From Candidatus Dojkabacteria bacterium UBA2022 (lineage in GTDB: Bacteria; Patescibacteriota; Dojkabacteria; SC72), in NCBI GenBank assembly GCA_002335495.1, contig DDBW01000010.1, positions 1 to 54,754 of the forward strand: 54,754 nucleotides of DNA. The letters run 5' to 3'. The notes under the pieces were generated by a model. The model was given only the letters and a program-made list of their open reading frames with translations, searched no databases and was not told where the DNA came from. Shown in pieces: positions 16,739 through 24,475 of this stretch. The position numbers were made by a program, and so were the translations under genes. Position 1 is the first letter of the stretch, and the number at the start of each line of letters is the position of its first letter.

Positions 16739-18664
16739 ATGGGACTCGGCCTTAAAATTGAAAACTTCTTCCTCTCTGGAGATGCAAGACTTGCACTGCA
16801 GAAAAGGGTGGATGCAAGTCCCGAACAAGATATTGATACTCTCTCAAAGTTCAATAAAGCAAAATCAGAAAAACTTCCATTGAAGGATACATTTGGGAAC
16901 CTTGAAATACCAGCATACGAAGTTACTACAAACATACCCAGTACAACAAAGGGAAAGCATCTGGGGATAATTCAAATACATCCAAATGGAGAAGAGGAGC
17001 TACCATACCAAAGCATAGGTTTTGATCCTGAACGTGATCCAACTCCTAGGGAAAAACTAAAAGGAGGGGGAGCGAAGGTAATAGATATCTCGATGAAAGG
17101 ATGTAGGATTATAGGTATAAACCGCCCAGCAATTGGAGCTCAACATCCAGTACAGGATGCAAGTGGAGTAACTTTCTATCGATCAAAGGGCGGAGACATA
17201 CATATTGGATTACATGTCTGCGATGGTAATACTGGTCTAGAGATTTCAGAAGATGAGCTAAGTCCATCACAAAAAGACAAGTATATTAAAACGAAAAGAT
17301 ACGATAAAACTTCTGTCAAAATTATTGGGGAGTCAGAGTATTACTCCACTCGAGGGGCACGAAACAGCTCGAGATCAATTCTAGAAGGGAGTGCAAATGC
17401 AGCTAGGTTTCTTGTTAATCACTTTGTAGAGGAGAGACAGGAAATGGGAATAGAAACTCCAAAGGGAGGTTCTACCTTACAGGCTACAAGGTTAGTAATC
17501 GGCAAAAAAAATATGTTAATAGATGCCACATGCCTTGGAGTAGACTCAAGGACAGCACCTAATGGAGTAGGAGACTTAGGTTATATGGCATTGGTAACAA
17601 AAGAAAAGGGGATAGAAATGATAGACATCCAGGGTAATTCGGAATTTGACTTATCCCATGACCCAGTCAGGTCAAGGTATGGTTTCGATATAATTCAACC
17701 TACTATTCAGACTGAGGTCAGTAAGGGAATATTTATAATAACAACCGATGGATTTAAACTGGATGATAACGGAATTAAAAAGCTTACTCAAGTAGTTAAT
17801 AACCCCGATTCCGCAGAAAGAGTTCGTCAATTACAAAATAAGGATCTACTTACAGAGATTTTTGGAGCAAGTTATGACGATGGAACATGTTGGATAGTAA
17901 TGTCAACTGAGAATAGTCCTAACGCTATTACTAGAAGACAAGAACGGGCTATGCAAGTGGAGACCACTAGCAGTGAAATCATTAAAAACTTAGATGCGAT
18001 AAAGGAACAAAGTAAGACATTTTTAAAAATAAACTATGCAGAGGTATCAACAGAAGTAGAAGAGTTTGAAAGATTACTTAGGGCGAAAACGAGCCCCTCT
18101 GATAAAATGCAAGGACTTCAAACTAGGTATGAACATATTTCAGGAACCCTCAAAGAGATGGTGGATCTTGAGCTAACTGTCGCCAGAATTGAGGCGCAGA
18201 TTAACCTTATACATGTAACTGATACGATAACAAATAACCTAACTAATTACCAAGTTGACGACCGCCTTGCCGGCTTTCTAAGACTACTTTATACTGATAA
18301 ACCTGGCAGTATACCTAAAAAAGTCTCCAACCCTAAGGATAGAGAAGTTTTAGCTAATATAATAAACGTTCTGGAAGTAAATAGTATAATTGAATTTAAA
18401 GGTAAATCAGGGAAGGAAATTCTGGAAAACTTTAGGAAAACAGGCGACAGTGACTCACTCAAACAGCTTATTGGTAGAATTAAAAACAGACCAAGCTCAG
18501 ACTCGATTGAGTTAGTAATACAAGCAACAAAAAATGGTGGTAAATCTAAAAAATCCATTACAGCAAGTCATAGAGAGACCTCAAAAGCATTATTTGATTC
18601 TGCAAGTAGCAAACTATCTGAACTTGAGAGGCAAATACAGGCGATGAGAGAGACTAAGATTTGA
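16739..18664 (+). CDS. PPM/PP2C-like phosphatase domain fused to C-terminal coiled-coil region
   Basis: In order: VQDAS; HVC-D162-GNTG (xxDGxGG); GGSTLQATRLVIG...CLGV-D269-SR (GTT...GDSR); IITT-D337-GF (SDGL); Y-D380-D381-GTCWIVM (DNiTvvv). The ATG lies 1 nt after the kinase stop. Confidence 0.5.
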   Translation: MGLGLKIENFFLSGDARLALQKRVDASPEQDIDTLSKFNKAKSEKLPLKDTFGNLEIPAYEVTTNIPSTTKGKHLGIIQIHPNGEEELPYQSIGFDPERDPTPREKLKGGGAKVIDISMKGCRIIGINRPAIGAQHPVQDASGVTFYRSKGGDIHIGLHVCDGNTGLEISEDELSPSQKDKYIKTKRYDKTSVKIIGESEYYSTRGARNSSRSILEGSANAARFLVNHFVEERQEMGIETPKGGSTLQATRLVIGKKNMLIDATCLGVDSRTAPNGVGDLGYMALVTKEKGIEMIDIQGNSEFDLSHDPVRSRYGFDIIQPTIQTEVSKGIFIITTDGFKLDDNGIKKLTQVVNNPDSAERVRQLQNKDLLTEIFGASYDDGTCWIVMSTENSPNAITRRQERAMQVETTSSEIIKNLDAIKEQSKTFLKINYAEVSTEVEEFERLLRAKTSPSDKMQGLQTRYEHISGTLKEMVDLELTVARIEAQINLIHVTDTITNNLTNYQVDDRLAGFLRLLYTDKPGSIPKKVSNPKDREVLANIINVLEVNSIIEFKGKSGKEILENFRKTGDSDSLKQLIGRIKNRPSSDSIELVIQATKNGGKSKKSITASHRETSKALFDSASSKLSELERQIQAMRETKI

Positions 18665-18841
18665 CAAGGTGAGTTCACATTATTTAATTTGGGAAAATAA
18701 ATAGCATAATGAAACTCTGGTCTGTAGGTAGGATGGGAACTTGAACAGGACCTAGAATCTCAGTAACACCAACTTCTTCTTGTTGCCCGATACCTAATAG
18801 ACTCATATACAATGTATAACATATAACAGTAGCCGTTTCAC

Positions 18842-20164
18842 CTACTTCAACGGATGCTTCTCTTTATGCACTTCCTGTGCAAACCTATCCGATGCATGTA
18901 CGTATCTAGTAGTGGTATTCAAACTCTCGTGACCCAGTAGAACCTGAATAGCCGCAGGACTAGCTCCATTTTCAGCTAAATAAGTTGCAAAACCGTGCCT
19001 TAAACTATGCGCAGAAGTTGGAACAAGAATACCTAATCTTCTTCTATAATTTGCAATACACTCCTGAAAATAGTTCGTAGATAATCTCGCATTATCCTGT
19101 TTAGATCTACTTCCGCTGAAAGGAATAAACAGGGCAGGGGAGGAAAACCTATTTAAATACCCACTCTTCCTATACTCCTCAACCGCCCTCACATACTTCC
19201 ATCGATGATCCATACCACCAACCAAATCAATATTTAAACCCTGTTTTTCTTCTATTCCCCCAGATGTTTCACGAACCGTAGTAATATGATTCAACCTTAC
19301 CTCTAAGTATTTATCCAGCCAATCTATAGCCCTAGGCGTTAAATATACAAACCTTTCCTTTTTCCCTTTACCTTTAATAAACAGCTTACCATCCAAGTTA
19401 ATCTGATCCAAATTCAAGTTTATTAACTCTGAAATACGCATACCTGTAGAAAAAAGAAGCTCCATCATAGCTCTATTACGAATCCCAACCTCACGATCAT
19501 GCTCAAACTCTAATGGAGATTCAATTAACCTCACAAGATCTTCCAATTCAGCCACCTGAGACTTCTTACGATCAGCCTTAATCAGTTTAATAGCATCAGG
19601 CGGAATTGGAACTTCAATATCTCTGTCTATTAAAAATTTCAAGTAAGATCTCAAAGCACTCAACATACGATTTACACTACGAGCATCCAAACCATTCTCA
19701 GATCGACTCGATGCATTCTTAGGCTTCCCATATATTCCCAGTGACCCGAACACCTTGCGATACACGTCATCCAGGAACTTACCCTTAAACTCAGTACTTT
19801 CCAAACTTCCCCCAGGTGTTGTTACAGCCCCCTGAGTACTATCGTGCGTTCTAGACCCCTCAGAGCCCTTCGAGGTATCTTTTGTCGTACCTAAGCCGTT
19901 TTTCAAGTATCTAACCCTCAAATTATCCAAATCTGTCAGATGATCTCCATTCCTTAAGTACCCTTTATACAATGTAATGGTCTCTTTATCTATCTTCTCA
20001 AAATCCCGACCGTTAACATCTATAAAAACGGCAAAGATACTCAAGTCACGTGCATAGTTAAGTACAGTTTGCATACTGTAATTGTTATTCTGAAGCTCAA
20101 GCAAGAAGGAATCCTGAATAGGTAGTTTAGGAATAGCCTCGTTGACAGTTTTTTGATTAGACAT
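18842..20164 (-). CDS. Tyrosine recombinase (XerC/XerD-integrase family) with about 100-aa insertion after the N-terminal domain
   Basis: GMRISEL (Arg), HSLRHGFAT (H-x-x-R), LLGHESL and TRYVH (catalytic Tyr) are present. A Ser/Thr/Gly-rich insert spans aa 90-165. Confidence 0.85.
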   Translation of the reverse strand: MSNQKTVNEAIPKLPIQDSFLLELQNNNYSMQTVLNYARDLSIFAVFIDVNGRDFEKIDKETITLYKGYLRNGDHLTDLDNLRVRYLKNGLGTTKDTSKGSEGSRTHDSTQGAVTTPGGSLESTEFKGKFLDDVYRKVFGSLGIYGKPKNASSRSENGLDARSVNRMLSALRSYLKFLIDRDIEVPIPPDAIKLIKADRKKSQVAELEDLVRLIESPLEFEHDREVGIRNRAMMELLFSTGMRISELINLNLDQINLDGKLFIKGKGKKERFVYLTPRAIDWLDKYLEVRLNHITTVRETSGGIEEKQGLNIDLVGGMDHRWKYVRAVEEYRKSGYLNRFSSPALFIPFSGSRSKQDNARLSTNYFQECIANYRRRLGILVPTSAHSLRHGFATYLAENGASPAAIQVLLGHESLNTTTRYVHASDRFAQEVHKEKHPLK

Positions 20165-20305
20165 AGGAGTAGGGGGCTAAAATTTTAAATTCCCAGGTAT
20201 ATTGGAAAATATCCTTAATATATAAATAAAAAGAGGAGTATCTACTATCCAAATGTATTTCCATACTTAAATATACATTAATTTAGAATTAATAAAAATG
20301 GCTTT

Positions 20306-20589
20306 AATAGAGCACTCTTCCACTTTTAAACATACCTTACCGCATATAAGGGCGATTATACTCGGCAATATATTACATTAAATATAGATCCAATTCAAGA
20401 ATAGAGCACCCTCTCCTAATATGTATACAAATACTAATTAATACTGATAATTCTAAATCTACATTTATTTAATTACATAAAAATATATCGGAATAGCAAG
20501 AAATAGTGGAGTACTCCCCCAAAGGGTTATCCACATAAATTACTACAGGATATATTTACTATAGGATGATATTAGCACTCCCCCTCCCC
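20306..20589 (+). repeat. Four same-orientation copies of an A(A/T)TAG..AG(C/T)AC-pyrimidine-tract motif
   Basis: AATAGAGCACTCTTCC (20306-20321), AATAGAGCACCCTCTCC (20400-20416), AATAGTGGAGTACTCCCCC (20502-20520) and ATTAGCACTCCCCCTCCCC (20571-20589), all inside a 457-bp AT-rich spacer upstream of the recombinase. Confidence 0.5.
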
Positions 20590-20621
20590 TTTGCTTATCG
20601 TAACATGAAAATTTTGAATTC

Positions 20622-21431
20622 CTAAATTACAAAAGCCGCTACAAATATTGCTGTAATAAAGAAAATGTACTGTAGAATTGTAAAAGGCGTTAACATATTC
20701 CTCTGCTTTTTAGTAATAATCTCGAGAGCAACAAATGCCCCTATCGTAGGCGCCAACGCTATAACCTCATGAGACTGTGAAACAATGGCAGTAGAGATGA
20801 ACATTGATAACATAAACAGCAATACTAAAATAGTATACTCCCCTAACCTCTCTTTACCAAGATCCATATGCTTTAAATGGAAAAATACTAATGAGAAAAA
20901 AGCAAAAGCCAGAATCAGAGTTGTAGGTATGATATCCAGGTTACCATCTAACAGTCCTAATGCTAGAAAGAAGGTGGCGATAAGAGTGGCAAGGAAAGAA
21001 ACAGTACGAGCCGCCTGTATAAGAGGAATCTCTTTTACGGTCGCGACATTAAATACATTAGACATTAAAAATACAACATAGGTACCAATAAAGAGAAGAA
21101 TCAGCATACCAACTAGGATTAATATCTCATACACCCTCCCTACTCTCCTAAAGAAGAACATTTCAAGAAAGATAACTTCCGACATAATAAACATCGCACT
21201 TTGTGGCAAAATGTAGAGGAGAGAATGCAACGTCACCTGAAACTTAAATGCCCATATAAGACCAACATATGCCACCGCAAAGTACACTAAAGATCTAAGT
21301 AAAACAACTATTGGGTTAACAATATCAGTAGTCTGGGTAACTTTGAATATAAGAATAGATATAGAGATAATAAGCGCAAGCGTGAGGATCCTACCTTTCT
21401 TTACATTATCGACTGTTGTTGGAATTTCCAT
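20622..21431 (-). CDS. Polytopic membrane protein, unknown function (about 8 TM)
   Basis: Hydrophobic throughout. It starts 2 nt after the ruvB stop and is probably co-transcribed. Confidence 0.6.
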   Translation of the reverse strand: MEIPTTVDNVKKGRILTLALIISISILIFKVTQTTDIVNPIVVLLRSLVYFAVAYVGLIWAFKFQVTLHSLLYILPQSAMFIMSEVIFLEMFFFRRVGRVYEILILVGMLILLFIGTYVVFLMSNVFNVATVKEIPLIQAARTVSFLATLIATFFLALGLLDGNLDIIPTTLILAFAFFSLVFFHLKHMDLGKERLGEYTILVLLFMLSMFISTAIVSQSHEVIALAPTIGAFVALEIITKKQRNMLTPFTILQYIFFITAIFVAAFVI

Positions 21432-21433
21432 CT

Positions 21434-22486
21434 TTATATTATAGAACTTAATCCAAGAATCTCAATGGCGTGCTTTAAACCTCTCTCTGTAAGAACCCTT
21501 CCTCGAGAAGTTCTCTGCAATAAACCGCATTTCATTAAGAAAGGCTCGTAGACAGCCTCCACAGTATTCACATCCTCTGAAATGGCTGCGGCCAAAGTAG
21601 ATAAACCAACTGGTCCCCCATTATAGTTGTTATATATAGAAGATAATATTTTCCTATCTATCTCTTCCAACCCCATTTCATCAACCCCCAAAAGATCCAA
21701 AGCCTTAGAAGTGGTATCAAAATCAAGATGGGAAGTTAAAACCTCTCCCTCAGCGTAATCCCTCACTCTTTTTAGAAGACGAATTGCAACACGAGCAGTT
21801 CCTCTAGATCTTTTGGCAATCTCCATCAAAGCTTTATCCTCATATCCAACCTCCCACAATCCACACGCCCTCTTAAGAATTAAAGTTAAGTCGTCCTCAC
21901 CAAAATATTCCAAGCGCTGGATTAAACCGAAACGATCCCTCATTGGTGAACTAATTTTACCAATCTGGGTAGTAGCACCTACTAATGTAAAAGGCTCAAG
22001 AGTAAGACGGATAGTCTTAGCAGAAGGCCCCTTACCCATAACGATATCAATCGCCCTATCCTCCATAGCTGGATATAAAATCTCCTCTACAGTTCTAGGA
22101 ATTCTATGTATTTCATCTATAAAAAGAAGGTCATTAGCCTTTAAATTGGTTAGTATCGCCGCAAGATCCCCAGGCCTTTCTATCGCAGGACCCGAAGTTA
22201 TACGAAGGGAGGCTCCGATTTCATTAGCCAGAGCTATCGCAAAAGTAGTCTTACCAAGCCCAGGAGGACCGTAGAAGAGAATATGGTCGAGGACCTCTCC
22301 TCTTCTCTTTGTTGAATTAATCATCATTCTCAATTTACGTTTTTCGCTCTCCCTGCCAACAATATCATCTATTTTAGAAGGACGAATTGACTGCTCTGCA
22401 GGTGCAGGATCAGAAGCAACAACAACAGGCTCAACAACTCGTTGAGTTTTCTGTTTTTTATAACCATCTTTACTCGATTCAATCAC
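21434..22486 (-). CDS. ruvB: Holliday junction branch migration ATPase RuvB
   Basis: GPPGLGKTT (Walker A), LFIDEIHR (Walker B) and the RuvB C-terminal winged helix are present. It overlaps ruvA by 4 nt. Confidence 0.95.
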   Translation of the reverse strand: MIESSKDGYKKQKTQRVVEPVVVASDPAPAEQSIRPSKIDDIVGRESEKRKLRMMINSTKRRGEVLDHILFYGPPGLGKTTFAIALANEIGASLRITSGPAIERPGDLAAILTNLKANDLLFIDEIHRIPRTVEEILYPAMEDRAIDIVMGKGPSAKTIRLTLEPFTLVGATTQIGKISSPMRDRFGLIQRLEYFGEDDLTLILKRACGLWEVGYEDKALMEIAKRSRGTARVAIRLLKRVRDYAEGEVLTSHLDFDTTSKALDLLGVDEMGLEEIDRKILSSIYNNYNGGPVGLSTLAAAISEDVNTVEAVYEPFLMKCGLLQRTSRGRVLTERGLKHAIEILGLSSII

Positions 22487-23082
22487 GAGGATTTAAGTAC
22501 TAATTTAATAAGTTCCTCTACAGAATAATCCTGCTCCTTCAAAATGTCCTTAGCGGCGTCAGAATAAGCTTTAAGCGAATCCCCTGAAAATCCTAAGGAT
22601 TTTAGGGCCTGACTAAGCTCGTCCAAAGTGTGCTTCTTTTCATCCCCGGCTATACCTTCTACCATAATACCCAAAGCGTCCACTTTATTGCTTAGTTCTA
22701 TTACTATTTTTTGCGCCCCTTTCTGCCCCAAACCTGAAACCTTCCCTAGAGCTTTATAATCTCCAGATGTTAAAATTTCATATATCTCCCCTACTGAGTA
22801 AATAGAAAATATAGCCATCGCAATCTTAGGCCCAATACCTGATACAGAAATCAGCATTTCAAATACCTTACGCTCCTCTATAGATCGAAACCCATACAAG
22901 GTTTGACTATCCTCTCGTACAACTAACAAGGTATGAAAAACGACCTCGTTACCGACGATATAATTCAAAAGTCTGGATACAACAACCTGATACCCTATAC
23001 CATTATTTAACAAAACATCCACAAGCTGATACCTATCCTGAGCCTCTACAGCAATAATTTTTCCCTGTATATATGAAATCAT
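22483..23082 (-). CDS. ruvA: Holliday junction DNA-binding protein RuvA
   Basis: MISYIQGKI start, HhH motif VSGIGPKIAMAI, and position in the operon. Confidence 0.9.
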   Translation of the reverse strand: MISYIQGKIIAVEAQDRYQLVDVLLNNGIGYQVVVSRLLNYIVGNEVVFHTLLVVREDSQTLYGFRSIEERKVFEMLISVSGIGPKIAMAIFSIYSVGEIYEILTSGDYKALGKVSGLGQKGAQKIVIELSNKVDALGIMVEGIAGDEKKHTLDELSQALKSLGFSGDSLKAYSDAAKDILKEQDYSVEELIKLVLKSS

Positions 23083-23100
23083 ATAAGTATAGTATAAAGG

Positions 23101-23589
23101 TTATTTACCCAATATACCATCCATTTTTAGAGAATTGTAGCAACATACCGCGGCAGCAATAGCATCGGCGGCATCATCAGGTTTTGGAAGATGTTTTAAG
23201 TCCAGCAACTTCTTAACATTCTCCTGCACCTGCCTTTTATCCGCCCTACCACTTCCGGTAATCGCACTTTTAATTTGAGGAGGAGTGTACTGGTGAATTG
23301 CTAGGTGATTTTGTTGCATAACAAGCATGCAAACTCCCCTCGCCTCACCTACAGCCATGGCTGTCTTAACATTATTAGTAAAAAGAAGAATTTCAATAGA
23401 AGCAGCATCAGGTTTAAATACGTTAACTATGTTCTGCAAATCCTCGTAAATTTCCTGAAGTCTAAAGCTGTTAGCTATCCCCGAGTTTGTTGATATAACA
23501 CCAAAATCGACAGCCTTAATACCATTATCAAAATCAACAACTGCCCACCCAGTAGTTGCAAGTCCAGGATCAATTCCTAAAATACGCAT
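23101..23589 (-). CDS. ruvC: Crossover junction endodeoxyribonuclease RuvC
   Basis: MRILGIDPGLATTGWAV, with the conserved acidic residues and typical length. Confidence 0.9.
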   Translation of the reverse strand: MRILGIDPGLATTGWAVVDFDNGIKAVDFGVISTNSGIANSFRLQEIYEDLQNIVNVFKPDAASIEILLFTNNVKTAMAVGEARGVCMLVMQQNHLAIHQYTPPQIKSAITGSGRADKRQVQENVKKLLDLKHLPKPDDAADAIAAAVCCYNSLKMDGILGK

Positions 23590-23620
23590 ACGAATGAATA
23601 AAATATTAGATCAGAGCAAA

Positions 23621-24391
23621 CTAATCTTCAAGGTCTGTCCATACTTCTTGAACATCGTCATAATCTTCAAGAGTTTCCAAAGCCTTTACAACCTTCTCCA
23701 TATCCTCATCAGAAATTTTCTTAGTCATCTTAGGGAGTTTAACCAATTTTGCCGTAGTAACAACGTAACCTAAAGCAATAACAGCATCCCTAACCTTTGC
23801 TAAATCTTTGTATTCACAATACAATTCTAGAACATGATCCTCATTCACCTCAATATCCTGTATACCTTGAATATCCATTAACATCATCATTACATCCTCA
23901 GTATTTTCGGCCACAAAATAATCTTCTTCTCCAAACTTTTCAGACTTTACCATCTTCCCAGGTTTTACAGCTACAAAACCTTTAGTTTCAAAGTTCCAAG
24001 AAACAGATCCCATATCTCCAAGGGTACCTCCAAAATCTGAAAAGATTGTTCTTAATTCTGAAACAACCCTATTGGTATTATCCGTAAGAACATCAACGAT
24101 AATAGCGACTCCAGCAGGGCCAAAACCTTCATAAGAAGCCTCTGAGTATTGCACTCCTTCTGCGTTTCCGGTTCCTTTATCAATCGCTTTCTGAATGTTC
24201 TCAGCAGGAAATCCCTCTTCCTTTGCTTGTGCTACATATAATCTAAGGTTAGGATTCATATTAACATCCCCACCTCCCTGACGAGCAGCGTGGGTAATTA
24301 ATTGAGAGAGCTTAGAAAATATCTTTCCCTTCTTGGCATCATTGATTGCCTTCTTATGCTTAATTGTAGACCATTTACTGTGTCCTGACAT
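23621..24391 (-). CDS. yebC: YebC/PmpR family DNA-binding regulator
   Basis: MSGHSKWSTIKHKKA N-terminus and the classic yebC-ruvCAB synteny. Confidence 0.9.
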   Translation of the reverse strand: MSGHSKWSTIKHKKAINDAKKGKIFSKLSQLITHAARQGGGDVNMNPNLRLYVAQAKEEGFPAENIQKAIDKGTGNAEGVQYSEASYEGFGPAGVAIIVDVLTDNTNRVVSELRTIFSDFGGTLGDMGSVSWNFETKGFVAVKPGKMVKSEKFGEEDYFVAENTEDVMMMLMDIQGIQDIEVNEDHVLELYCEYKDLAKVRDAVIALGYVVTTAKLVKLPKMTKKISDEDMEKVVKALETLEDYDDVQEVWTDLED

Positions 24392-24475
24392 AACAGCTGT
24401 ATTGTACCACAGGTTTGAATGACAAGTGAATATAAATATAGGGTCATAAGGGGAATTCAGATACTAGTTCATAAA

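Noticed and set aside
20356-20383. dif-like site next to the Xer-type recombinase (TTACATTAAAT resembles the XerD arm TTATGTTAAAT)
   Set aside because: The opposing arm (TTATACTCGGC) shows no inverted symmetry or CATAA end, so the 28-mer does not form a credible dif site.
20527-20535. Perfect DnaA box TTATCCACA in the long AT-rich spacer, as a possible oriC
   Set aside because: There is only one box, and about 0.4 perfect 9-mers are expected by chance on both strands of a 54-kb window. No dnaA or dnaN is nearby, and the flanking genes converge rather than diverge. That pattern is the opposite of what is expected at an origin.
21813-22274. 153-aa plus-strand ORF inside ruvB
   Set aside because: It is antisense to an unambiguous RuvB coding sequence. 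The same reasoning applies to the other internal antisense or alternate-frame ORFs in the track, for example 51646-52161, 13260-13574, 9644-10000, 26144-26458 and 48323-48709.
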